Below, in pieces: positions 17,711 to 26,720 of a DNA stretch of 60,536 nt; the stretch's first letter is position 1; each line of letters starts with the position of its first letter. Source of the stretch: Chthoniobacterales bacterium (GTDB taxonomy: Bacteria; Verrucomicrobiota; Verrucomicrobiia; Chthoniobacterales; UBA10450); the NCBI GenBank assembly GCA_036522675.1, contig DATDFJ010000128.1, positions 1 to 60,536 on the forward strand, in the 5' to 3' direction. The position numbers and the translations under genes are program-made. The notes under the pieces were generated by a model that was given only the letters and a program-made list of their open reading frames with translations, did not search any database and had not been told where the DNA came from.

Positions 17711-19065
17711 AGATCTTGGTCGTATCGAATCTTTATCCCCCACACTGCATCGGTGGATACGAGATTCGCTGCTCGCTTGTTGCGCAAGGCCTTCGAGCGG
17801 CGGGGCACGACGTCAGGATTTTGACGAGCCGCTACGGCTTGCCATCCGACCGCCTATCGCGCGAAAACATCGACGGCGTTCAGGTAGAACGATTGCTCGG
17901 TCAATATCATCATAGCAGCCGTCCGCCGACGGGATGGCCTTATTTCCTCGCCCGCGTCAGACCGCAGATCCGCGATGCGCATTGTTTCATTCGAACCCTC
18001 GAAGAGTTCAAACCCGATCTGGTGAGTTGGTGGGCGATCAGCGGCTTAACTCCGGCGCTGCTCTCAATTCCGAGGCTCCGTGGAATCCCGGATGTTTTTT
18101 TCGTCGAAGACGACTGGCTCGTCGAGGAGCGGGGGCGCGGTGAAGATCGCAAAAGACCGCAATGGGCCGGTTTGTGGAAAAGAGACGATAAGCCGTGGTA
18201 CTGGCGCCCGGCGCTTGTTGGGCTTATGGAAAAATGGCGCGCACGCCTGCTCAAGCAGGGCATTGAGACGAGCGCCGCGCCGTTTGTTCCAAGCCATGTG
18301 TGCTTTGTCAGTGAGTTTCTCCGGGATCATTATCTCGCGAGCGGATTTACTTTTCCCTCGACGGAAGTGCTTTACGGCGGCGTTCCGCTGGAAAAGTTTT
18401 TCTTTAAACGGCAAGCCGCCGCGGCCGACCGACAATCCTTGCGATTGCTTTACGCCGGCTTTATCAGCAGGGACCGAGGCCTTACTACGGTTCTCAGGGC
18501 GCTCAGCGCCCTCTCGCCGGAACGGAAATCTCGCACAACGCTGACCATAGTTGGGGAGTATAACGACGCCCAATATTATCGCGAGGTCTGCGATGAGATT
18601 TTGCGCTTGCGCCTCTCGCCGCAGGTCTGCTTCGTCGGAAAAAAGAATTATGAGGAAATGCCGGGGATTTATCGCGCGCACGACGTTCTCGTAGCGCCGT
18701 CGGCGCGACGTGAAGGTTTGCCGCTATCAATGACGGAGGCGATGCTTTCGGGCTGCGCCGTCGTCACGACCGGAAGCGGCGGAGCCGCGGAAATCGCTCG
18801 CCGCGCCGATCTTCCGCTATTTGAGAAAGACGACGCGGCGGCACTGACTCGAATTCTGGAACAACTTATCGACAGTCGCCACGAGCTGGAGCGAATCGCC
18901 GTGCACGGGCAGGACGTCGCGGTGCGCGAGTATTCTTCCGCTCGAATGATCGAGCGTTTTTGCCGCCTTGTCGAAAACTTGCATGAAACACGAAAGCCGA
19001 AGAATCTTTCGGCGGCCAGTGCCCGGCGACGCAAACTCGGCCATATCGCGCAGGATCGGTTGTGA
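17707..19065 (+). CDS. Glycosyltransferase family 4
   Basis: MKILVVSNLYPPHCIGGYEIRC and the E-x7-E block REGLPLSMTEAMLSGCAVVTTGSGGAAEI. An ATGA overlap joins it to the upstream gene. Confidence 0.85.
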   Translation: MKILVVSNLYPPHCIGGYEIRCSLVAQGLRAAGHDVRILTSRYGLPSDRLSRENIDGVQVERLLGQYHHSSRPPTGWPYFLARVRPQIRDAHCFIRTLEEFKPDLVSWWAISGLTPALLSIPRLRGIPDVFFVEDDWLVEERGRGEDRKRPQWAGLWKRDDKPWYWRPALVGLMEKWRARLLKQGIETSAAPFVPSHVCFVSEFLRDHYLASGFTFPSTEVLYGGVPLEKFFFKRQAAAADRQSLRLLYAGFISRDRGLTTVLRALSALSPERKSRTTLTIVGEYNDAQYYREVCDEILRLRLSPQVCFVGKKNYEEMPGIYRAHDVLVAPSARREGLPLSMTEAMLSGCAVVTTGSGGAAEIARRADLPLFEKDDAAALTRILEQLIDSRHELERIAVHGQDVAVREYSSARMIERFCRLVENLHETRKPKNLSAASARRRKLGHIAQDRL

Positions 19066-20378
19066 AGATCCTCAACATAACGCCGATGTATTATCCATTT
19101 GCCAGGGGCGGAGAGCGCCACGCGACGGTAGTGTCGGAGCGGCTTGCCGCACGGGGTCATGAAGTGACGGTCGTGACGACCGACGCGATGAGTGAGACGG
19201 ACATGCAGCAAGGCAGGGACGCCGGTCTGCCGCGGAGCGAAACCATTCATGGCGTGCATATCCTGCGCGTCCCCGCCTCCGATGGCGCTCTCCCCGGGAT
19301 AATCAAATTCGGTTTACGCCTCAAGGGCGGGTACCGGTCGCTCAATTATCTTTTTACTCCGGCCGGACTGGAGGTCCTCGCCCGACCGCCGCGTCACTTG
19401 GGCTTTCTTAACGCGGTCCTGCGCACGAAAGCCGATCTGATAGTCGCGTGGAATTGGTATTGGCCGCCCGCGTACCAAGCATTCTTGGCCAAAGCGTTCA
19501 AACGGTGCCGATTGGTCGGCATACCCTTCTTTCACCCCGCCGACGGATGGGTGCAAGGGCCGCTTTACGACCGCATGATCGCAGCTTGCGACGCGCTTGT
19601 TGTCAACACCGCTTACGAGAAGGATTTTGTCCTCGACCGCGTGGGTGGCAGTAATATCTTGGTCGCCGGTCCGGGAATCGAGCCGGCCTTTTTCGATTGC
19701 AGCGACGGCTCAGGGTTCCGCCGGCGCTACGGCATCGAGGGCGCGCCGCTGGTCGGATACATGGGAACGCTCAGCAAGCATAAAAAAGTCGATAAGATCG
19801 TAGAGGCGATGCCGGCGGTATGGCGCTCGAACGGCGACGCGCGCCTTTTGCTCGCGGGTTTTCCCGATGATCGCTTTCCCCGATTGAAAGAAGTCATCGA
19901 GTTCCTGCCGCCGGAACAACGCCGGAAGGTCTTGCTGCTGCCGGATTTGCCCGAAAGCGAAAAAGCGAACTTCTACGCGGCCCTCGATGTGTTTGTCATG
20001 CCTTCGGTGGGAGAGTCGTTCGGCATTTCCTACCTCGAGGCCTGGATGTGCGGCAAGCCGGTGATTGGGGCGCGAATCGGTTCGACCTGCTGCGTGATCG
20101 ACGAGGGCGAGGACGGCCTGCTCGTGAACCCCGATGATGTCTCGGAGATTTCCCGGACGGTCGTCGAGCTGCTGGCCGATCCCCAGCGGCGTGAGCGCAT
20201 GGGCGCGCGTGGACGGGACAAAACGCTAAAGCAGTTCACCTGGGGTACTCTTTGCGACGGCATCGAGGACTTTTTTCTAAAGGTCGCGATGGCGCCCGCG
20301 TCTTCGATCTCCAAGCGGCATAGAAAATCTTCGCCGCTCGCCGCCCTGGAGAATTCCGGCGCCGCTCAGAGGGATTGA
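19062..20378 (+). CDS. Glycosyltransferase family 4 (tandem paralog A)
   Basis: GESFGISYLEAWMCGKPVIGARIGSTCCVIDEGEDGLLV. GTGA overlap start. Confidence 0.85.
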   Translation: MKILNITPMYYPFARGGERHATVVSERLAARGHEVTVVTTDAMSETDMQQGRDAGLPRSETIHGVHILRVPASDGALPGIIKFGLRLKGGYRSLNYLFTPAGLEVLARPPRHLGFLNAVLRTKADLIVAWNWYWPPAYQAFLAKAFKRCRLVGIPFFHPADGWVQGPLYDRMIAACDALVVNTAYEKDFVLDRVGGSNILVAGPGIEPAFFDCSDGSGFRRRYGIEGAPLVGYMGTLSKHKKVDKIVEAMPAVWRSNGDARLLLAGFPDDRFPRLKEVIEFLPPEQRRKVLLLPDLPESEKANFYAALDVFVMPSVGESFGISYLEAWMCGKPVIGARIGSTCCVIDEGEDGLLVNPDDVSEISRTVVELLADPQRRERMGARGRDKTLKQFTWGTLCDGIEDFFLKVAMAPASSISKRHRKSSPLAALENSGAAQRD

Positions 20379-20421
20379 CGCGCGGCGGACTCGCGCGCAG
20401 CCGCGGCAGACGCGGAACGTT

Positions 20422-21690
20422 ATGAAAATCATCCACGTCGCTCCCATGTACACGCCGGCTGTCGGAGGCGCTGAGGATCACATGCGCGCCATCTCCGAGC
20501 GGCTCGCGGCGCGTGGCCACGAAGTTATTGTATTGACGGCGGATGTGAGTTTCCATGAAGATCTCTGGCCCGGCCGGCCTGGCGGCCTGCCGGAAAAGGA
20601 GACCATCAACGGAGTGCGCGTGGTTCGGATGGCGCCCGGTGGAGGCTGCGTGAGCGCGATGTTCGAAGCGTGGAAGCGGATGCGCGGCGGCTATCGTTCT
20701 CTGCGCCTCCTCTTTGGCGAGGACGGGTTAGAGTTTTTGACCCGCAGACCATTCCTCACATCGCTGATTCCGACCTTGTTGCGCACTCGTGCGGATGTCG
20801 TTACTGCGGCAAACTGGTATTGGCCGCCGGTATACCATGCTTATCTTGCGAAAAAGCTGAAACGCTTTACTCTCGTCGGGATCCCGCTCTTTCATACAGC
20901 CGAGGCCTGGTGTAATCAGGAGATCTATCGACGCATGCTCGGCGCCTGCGATGGGGTTATCGTCAATACAGAGCACGAAGGCAATTTCGTGCGAGAACGT
21001 GCTGCTACTCGTGTCATGGTAGGCGGCGTCGGTGTCGATCCGGAGCTGTTTAGGGCGCGCGATGGTTCGGTGATCCGCCGCCGGTACGGCTTGGAAAATC
21101 GCCTCATCGTAGGTTATGTCGGCAGACAAGCGGCCAACAAAGGGGCTGCCGAGCTCCTGCGCGCAATGGCGGATGTCTGGAGGTGGAACCCCGAAGTGCG
21201 GCTTGTGCTTGCGGGTCCCCGTGCTGTGCGCGATAAGGAGATGGAGCAGACGCTTTCGCGCCTTACGCCATTCGAGAACGAACGGATAGTGAGGATCAAC
21301 GAGTTTGCTCAAACCGACAAGGCTTCAATATTCGACGCCTTTGATGTTTTCGTTCTTCCCTCGACATCCGAATCCTTTGGCATCTCCTACCTCGAGGCAT
21401 GGCTATGTAAAAAGCCGGTGGTTGGGGCCAACATTGGGCCGACGAGGTGCGTGATCGACGACCGGTCTGATGGGCTTCTGGTCGATCCCGGCCAGCCGTC
21501 CGATATCGGGCGCGCGATCATCGAATTGCTTTCCAATTCTGCCATGCGGCGAGCAATGGGAGAGACAGGCTACGCGAAAACTGTCTCGCGGCATACCTGG
21601 GACCAGGTTACCGACAAGATCGAGCGACTGTATTTTTCCTTAGCTGCGAACAATCGAAACCGCCAGGCATTCGCAGCGGTGGAGTCGTAA
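20422..21690 (+). CDS. Glycosyltransferase family 4 (tandem paralog B)
   Basis: SESFGISYLEAWLCKKPVVGANIGPTRCVIDDRSDGLLV. It is collinear with the 19062-20378 product along its whole length. Confidence 0.85.
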   Translation: MKIIHVAPMYTPAVGGAEDHMRAISERLAARGHEVIVLTADVSFHEDLWPGRPGGLPEKETINGVRVVRMAPGGGCVSAMFEAWKRMRGGYRSLRLLFGEDGLEFLTRRPFLTSLIPTLLRTRADVVTAANWYWPPVYHAYLAKKLKRFTLVGIPLFHTAEAWCNQEIYRRMLGACDGVIVNTEHEGNFVRERAATRVMVGGVGVDPELFRARDGSVIRRRYGLENRLIVGYVGRQAANKGAAELLRAMADVWRWNPEVRLVLAGPRAVRDKEMEQTLSRLTPFENERIVRINEFAQTDKASIFDAFDVFVLPSTSESFGISYLEAWLCKKPVVGANIGPTRCVIDDRSDGLLVDPGQPSDIGRAIIELLSNSAMRRAMGETGYAKTVSRHTWDQVTDKIERLYFSLAANNRNRQAFAAVES

Positions 21691-21703
21691 TCGGGCGGCG
21701 GTC

Positions 21704-22897
21704 ATGCATGCGGGCGCACAGGTAGCGGTGCTCGATCACACCGCGTCGGCGCTAGGTGGGGCGCAGTTGGTGGTGTCTCGCATGGTTGCGCTTCTGTCAC
21801 AAAACTACGATGTCGAGCTGATACACAATGGCGGTGCAGGCTATTTGGCGACACTGACGTCCGCTTTTTCCGCGAACTTGGAAAGAATCCGGGAGAAGAG
21901 GATTTCTGCAATGCGGACGAGTTTCAGTCTACCCGGCGCTGCATCGCTGCTGAGGCCGGAACGACTTGATGGCATCGGTGCGAACCGATGGTACGATCTT
22001 TTTGTATATTCCGGACACGGCGTCCCGCCGCGTTCTTGTGGCAAAAAAGGAATCATCTACTGTCACTTTCCTTTCGAATCCGCGCCGGTGAATGCGCGCG
22101 ATAAAGCGGGCAACCCGAAACTCCGAGGGCCGGTACCGTGGATCAAAAATGCCGCCTATCGTTGGGACTGGAAAAGCCGCATGGCTGGATATCAGAAGAT
22201 CTTCGCCAATTCGTATTTTACGGCGGAATGGATAGACCGTCGATGGCAAATGCCCGCAGAGGTGTTGTATCCTCCCGTTGATCCGGTTCCCTCGACGAGA
22301 GGAAAAAAAAATCTTATCGTGACGCTCGGTAGATTTACCGGAGGTCCCAGAAGCAAGAATCAGCTCGCCCAAGTACAGGCATTCCGCGATTTTTGTGGTT
22401 CAGCGCGCGAGCCTTGGACGCTGCGGATCATCGGCTCATGCGGCGAATCCCTCACAGACAGGGAGTATCTGGACCGGCTACGTAATAGCATCGATGGACT
22501 ACCCATCGAGCTGCTGGTTAACGTCGAACGTAGCGTAACAGTCCAATCTCTCGCAGAGGCGCGGTTGTTTTGGCATACGGCCGGCCTAGGCGTTGATGAG
22601 AAGGAACGCCCTGAGTATGCCGAACATTTCGGCATCGCCGTAGTGGAGGCCATGCGCGCCGGCTGCGTGCCAGTTGCCGTCAACTCAGGGGGACTGCGGG
22701 AAATCATCGAACATGACAAAAACGGATTTCTTATATTCGACCTGAAGAGTATGGCCCAAACGAGTGCAAAGCTCGCTGACTGCGAGGAAAAACTCGCGCT
22801 CATGGGAGACGCCGCTCGCCGTCGCAGCGCTATTTTTGACGGCGAGCGATTTGACCGACGTTTTCGAGCCGCGGTGTCAGAGTGCCTTGCTAGCTGA
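21704..22897 (+). CDS. Glycosyltransferase family 4
   Basis: AEHFGIAVVEAMRAGCVPVAVNSGGLREIIEHDKNGFLI. The gene contains an A9 homopolymer at 22303-22311. Confidence 0.8.
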   Translation: MHAGAQVAVLDHTASALGGAQLVVSRMVALLSQNYDVELIHNGGAGYLATLTSAFSANLERIREKRISAMRTSFSLPGAASLLRPERLDGIGANRWYDLFVYSGHGVPPRSCGKKGIIYCHFPFESAPVNARDKAGNPKLRGPVPWIKNAAYRWDWKSRMAGYQKIFANSYFTAEWIDRRWQMPAEVLYPPVDPVPSTRGKKNLIVTLGRFTGGPRSKNQLAQVQAFRDFCGSAREPWTLRIIGSCGESLTDREYLDRLRNSIDGLPIELLVNVERSVTVQSLAEARLFWHTAGLGVDEKERPEYAEHFGIAVVEAMRAGCVPVAVNSGGLREIIEHDKNGFLIFDLKSMAQTSAKLADCEEKLALMGDAARRRSAIFDGERFDRRFRAAVSECLAS

Positions 22898-22942
22898 ACT
22901 ACAAGCCGGCTTGATGCAAAAAAACGCAGGACATACGGTGTT

Positions 22943-25342
22943 ATGAAGGGTACGAAGAACGTCCCATTGCTTCCTGAGATTGGCGTTTTAGCGCTGGTGC
23001 CCGATGATTGGGATGTATCGTGGCAGCCGCGGCATCACGTGCTCAGCCGTTTATCGCGCTATTTCCACGTTGCTTGGGTGAATCCGGCTCCTGAATGGCG
23101 CCAACTCGGGAAAGCCTGGTACAAGTCGTCGCTGCCTAAGCTCGGCGTAACGGCCGACTTCCCTGGATTCCTGATCTATCGTTCTCATGTTTTTCCGAAA
23201 TTGTATCGACCGGAATGGGTCGCGACGCGATTTTACGAGCAGCGTCTGAAGAACGCGCGAAAAATGCTTTTAGCAAGGGGCTGCAAAAAAATTATTCTTT
23301 ATGTCTGGCGACCAGAGTTCGAGCCCGCGCTTCGGATGATACCGCATGATGCTAGCTGCTACCATATCGACGACGAATATTCGTTTTCGGAAATCGAAGT
23401 TGCCCTCGATCCGGCTGAAATTCGCCTGATGAAGGAAGTCGATCAGGTCTTCATCCATTCGCCCGGTCTCCTGGAGAAAAAAGGCGCGATCAACCCGCGG
23501 ACGGTTTTTGTTCCGAACGGTTGCGACTATCAGGCATATTCTCAGCTGCAGCCCGAGCCGCCCGACCTTGCGCGCATTCCGCACCCGCGGATCGGCTACA
23601 CCGGCCGCATCAAGCGCCAGCTCGATTGGGGTCTGATTACAGGACTCGCGACCAAACACCCCCAGTGGTCATTCGTCTTCGTCGGTCCTGTAACTCAGGA
23701 TCCCGAGGTGGCGGAGGCGGTCCGGACACTATCCAATCGTCCGAATGTCCATTTCCTGGGCTACAAGTCCACCGAGCAGCTAGCCGCGTACCCGCAGCAC
23801 TTCGACGTCTGCATCATGCCGTACCGGTTAAACGATTACACGCGGTATATCTATCCGCTGAAGCTCCACGAATACCTCGCAAGCGGGCGGCCGGCCGTCG
23901 GCTCGCCGGTCCTTTCTCTCATGAAATTTGGACACCTCGTCCGGCTGGCACGGACGGCCGACGAGTGGTCGAGCGCGATCCAGGATTGTCTGAATCCTGC
24001 GTCCACGACGACGGTTACGGAACGCCAATCCGTTGCACAACGTCACGACTGGGACAGCCTCGTCAAGATTATCGCACTCACAATATGTGAGCGGCTGGGA
24101 GATCAATGGCTTCAAAAGATTCAGACGGAGGCGTCCGTTGAAAGCTCCGGCTTACGACCGCCCGACACGGCGCTCCAAATGTCGGTGCCCCTGAACGGGA
24201 CCGCCGGGACTGCGCAGGCGCGCGTCGCGCTGCAGCGCTGCGATCGATTCGTGGCGCGCACGATGAATTGGCTCTACGACCATTTGCGGTTCGTGACCGG
24301 CTATGCTCCGGTGATTCTGTGCGACGCGCTGCAAAATCGCGAGGAATTCCCGGAGCTCGACGCGCGTTGTTTCAATCGAGAAAGTCTGCCGCGTCAAATC
24401 TGGCGCGGTATAGCCGGAAATCGCCCCACGCCTTACGACGCCTGGCAATTGGGCAGGCTTCACCCCCAGATTCTCCACTCTCATTTCGGCTATGTCGCAA
24501 CGCAGGACATCAAGCTGCAGCGGAGCCTCGATATCCCCTGGGTCGTGAGCTTCTATGGCGCCGACGTCTATGAGATCGATTTTGCCGAAAGAGACCGGAC
24601 GTATTCCCAAGTGTTTCAGCGCGCGGATCGGGTTCTGGCCTTGGGACCGTCGATGGCGGCGCGGCTCGAGCTTCTCGGATGCCCGCGGGAGCGCATCGCG
24701 ATTCACCCGCTCGGCGTCGATGTCGAAAATCTGCCGCAGAAGCCGCGGGTGCTCGATTCCGGCGCGCCTTTGAAGATCCTTTTCGCGGGAACGTTCCGCG
24801 AAAAGAAGGGCATTCCCTACGTCGTCGAGGCGATCTCGCTGGTCAAGCGCGCAGGGATTTCCGTCGAGCTTTATCTGGTGGCGGGAGAGATGGGCAAGGC
24901 GGGCGAGCTGGAGACGAAACAGAAGGTATTCGAGCAGATCCGGCGGCTCGATCTCGAGCGCAATGTCATCTACAAGCCGCTCATGCCGTTCCGCGATCTG
25001 ATACGGCTTGCGCTCGACAGTCATATTTTTGTCGCTCCGAGCGTGACCGCCGCCGACGGCGACGCCGAAGGGACGCCGTTCGTTCTCCAACAAATGATGT
25101 CTACGGCGATGCCCGTTATTGCCACGGTGCATTCCGACATTCCGTATCTTTTCGGCGAGTATGAAAGCCGGCTTGTTGCCGAGCGGGACGCGGAGGCGAT
25201 CGCTGCACGGCTGCAGGAGTATGCGATGCGCCCGCAGATGCTCGTCGAGGACGGTCGCGCGCTCCGTGAGCGTATCCGATCGGCTTTCAACGTCAAGGAA
25301 TGTGCCGAGCGGCTGGGCGGAATTTATGATCAACTCTACTGA
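22943..25342 (+). CDS. Two-module glycosyltransferase (N-terminal TuaH-like GT-B module plus C-terminal GT4 module)
   Basis: 799 aa. The first module includes GYTGRIKRQLDWGLI...YPLKLHEYLASGRPAVGSPV. The second includes FAGTFREKKGIPYV...AEGTPFVLQQMMSTAMPVIATVHSDIPYLF. Confidence 0.75.
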   Translation: MKGTKNVPLLPEIGVLALVPDDWDVSWQPRHHVLSRLSRYFHVAWVNPAPEWRQLGKAWYKSSLPKLGVTADFPGFLIYRSHVFPKLYRPEWVATRFYEQRLKNARKMLLARGCKKIILYVWRPEFEPALRMIPHDASCYHIDDEYSFSEIEVALDPAEIRLMKEVDQVFIHSPGLLEKKGAINPRTVFVPNGCDYQAYSQLQPEPPDLARIPHPRIGYTGRIKRQLDWGLITGLATKHPQWSFVFVGPVTQDPEVAEAVRTLSNRPNVHFLGYKSTEQLAAYPQHFDVCIMPYRLNDYTRYIYPLKLHEYLASGRPAVGSPVLSLMKFGHLVRLARTADEWSSAIQDCLNPASTTTVTERQSVAQRHDWDSLVKIIALTICERLGDQWLQKIQTEASVESSGLRPPDTALQMSVPLNGTAGTAQARVALQRCDRFVARTMNWLYDHLRFVTGYAPVILCDALQNREEFPELDARCFNRESLPRQIWRGIAGNRPTPYDAWQLGRLHPQILHSHFGYVATQDIKLQRSLDIPWVVSFYGADVYEIDFAERDRTYSQVFQRADRVLALGPSMAARLELLGCPRERIAIHPLGVDVENLPQKPRVLDSGAPLKILFAGTFREKKGIPYVVEAISLVKRAGISVELYLVAGEMGKAGELETKQKVFEQIRRLDLERNVIYKPLMPFRDLIRLALDSHIFVAPSVTAADGDAEGTPFVLQQMMSTAMPVIATVHSDIPYLFGEYESRLVAERDAEAIAARLQEYAMRPQMLVEDGRALRERIRSAFNVKECAERLGGIYDQLY

Positions 25343-25391
25343 TGATTCTTTGGAAACGCTCCACGCGGAGGTTTCCGGCTAATCTCGACCC

Positions 25392-26714
25392 ATGAATCTC
25401 ACCGCAAATATCCTGACCACTTTATCCGCGCGGGTCGTCATGCTCCTGCTGGCGCTGATCTCCTCGATAGTGCTGGCGCGCTATCTGGGGCCCGAAGGCC
25501 GCGGGTTATTCGCGTTGGTCCTTTTGCTGCCCGAGCTCGCCAGGAACCTTGGCCTTCTCGGCTTCGAGCAGGCGAACGCGGTGTATGCGGGACTGCTGCC
25601 GCAACAGAGGTCGACGCTCATCTGGCATTCGGCGCTTATAGCATGCGTGCTTGGAGGCGCATTCGCCGCGCTGGGAGCGGGTTACGTCGCCTTGGGGGCG
25701 CCCGGTTTCGATACGCTGATTCAGGGGCCTATTTATCTCTATCTGATTCCGCTCGCCGTGATGCCGTGCAAATTGCTGTTTGAATATTGGACGGCGATCC
25801 TGCGCGGGATGAATCGTATTCTCTTGCTCAATGTCCTCGATGTCGGCGTAAAGGCGGTCCTGCTGCTGTTCGCCGTGCTCTTCGTGGTGTGGTTTGGACT
25901 CGGCGTGCAGGGCGCGGTGCTGGCGGACTTTCTGATCAGCGTAGCCGGCGTAGCCGTGATCGCGCTGCTGCTCAAGACTGTCGGGGTATTGGGCACGCCG
26001 AACTTTGATAAGCCGCTATGGCGTCGCTCGGTCGGCTTCGCGCTTCCGGCGTACGGCGGGAGCTTGACGGCTTACCTCAATTACCGCGTCGATGAGGTGA
26101 TCGTCGCCATGCTTCTTCCCGCCGAGCAGCTAGGTTTTTACGTCATCGCCGTCGGTCTAGCCGAGCGTCTGTGGATTCTTCCTGGAGCGGTGACTTCGGC
26201 GCTCCTGCCCCATCTCACGAATAGACGCGAGCGCGATCCGCAAATCTCCGTTGCGGTCGCGCGCCACGTCATGATCTGGATCGGCTTGATCTGCATCGGC
26301 GTTTTTGTCTTTGCGGGCCTCGGCATACGTTTGTTGTATTCTTCCGCTTACGAAGGAAGCATCGCGCCGCTGCGCTGGCTGCTGCCCGGCATATTCACGC
26401 TAAGCCTCGGAAAGGTACTGGTGACGGAGCTGCTCGCGCAAGAGAAGCCCCGCTATACCGTCTGGGCGTCGGGAATCGCCGCCTTCGTCAACATCGCGGC
26501 GAATCTCGTTCTCGTGCCGCGCATAGGGATTTCGGGCGCGGCTCTTGCCTCGTCGATCTCATATACGGTTCTTTCGGTTATTTTGATGTGGCTGTTTGTG
26601 CGCGAAACCGGTGTATCCTGGACCGCCTTTTTGATCCGGCAAAGCGACTTCACCGCGTATTCGGTGCTGTGGCGGCAGTGGCGGCCCAGCCTGAAGCGTC
26701 TTCGCTTGGCGTAA
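25392..26714 (+). CDS. Polysaccharide flippase, Wzx-like (MOP superfamily)
   Basis: 440 aa and polytopic (about 12 hydrophobic segments). The N-terminus MNLTANILTTLSARVVMLLLALISSIVLARYLGPEGRG is typical of oligosaccharide flippases. Confidence 0.75.
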   Translation: MNLTANILTTLSARVVMLLLALISSIVLARYLGPEGRGLFALVLLLPELARNLGLLGFEQANAVYAGLLPQQRSTLIWHSALIACVLGGAFAALGAGYVALGAPGFDTLIQGPIYLYLIPLAVMPCKLLFEYWTAILRGMNRILLLNVLDVGVKAVLLLFAVLFVVWFGLGVQGAVLADFLISVAGVAVIALLLKTVGVLGTPNFDKPLWRRSVGFALPAYGGSLTAYLNYRVDEVIVAMLLPAEQLGFYVIAVGLAERLWILPGAVTSALLPHLTNRRERDPQISVAVARHVMIWIGLICIGVFVFAGLGIRLLYSSAYEGSIAPLRWLLPGIFTLSLGKVLVTELLAQEKPRYTVWASGIAAFVNIAANLVLVPRIGISGAALASSISYTVLSVILMWLFVRETGVSWTAFLIRQSDFTAYSVLWRQWRPSLKRLRLA

Positions 26715-26720
26715 ACACCC

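Noticed and set aside
24152-25333. A 393-aa minus-strand ORF opposite the double-GT gene. A similar case is 38985-40019, opposite the GT4 and AsnB-like genes.
   Set aside because: These are antisense shadows with no domain signatures.
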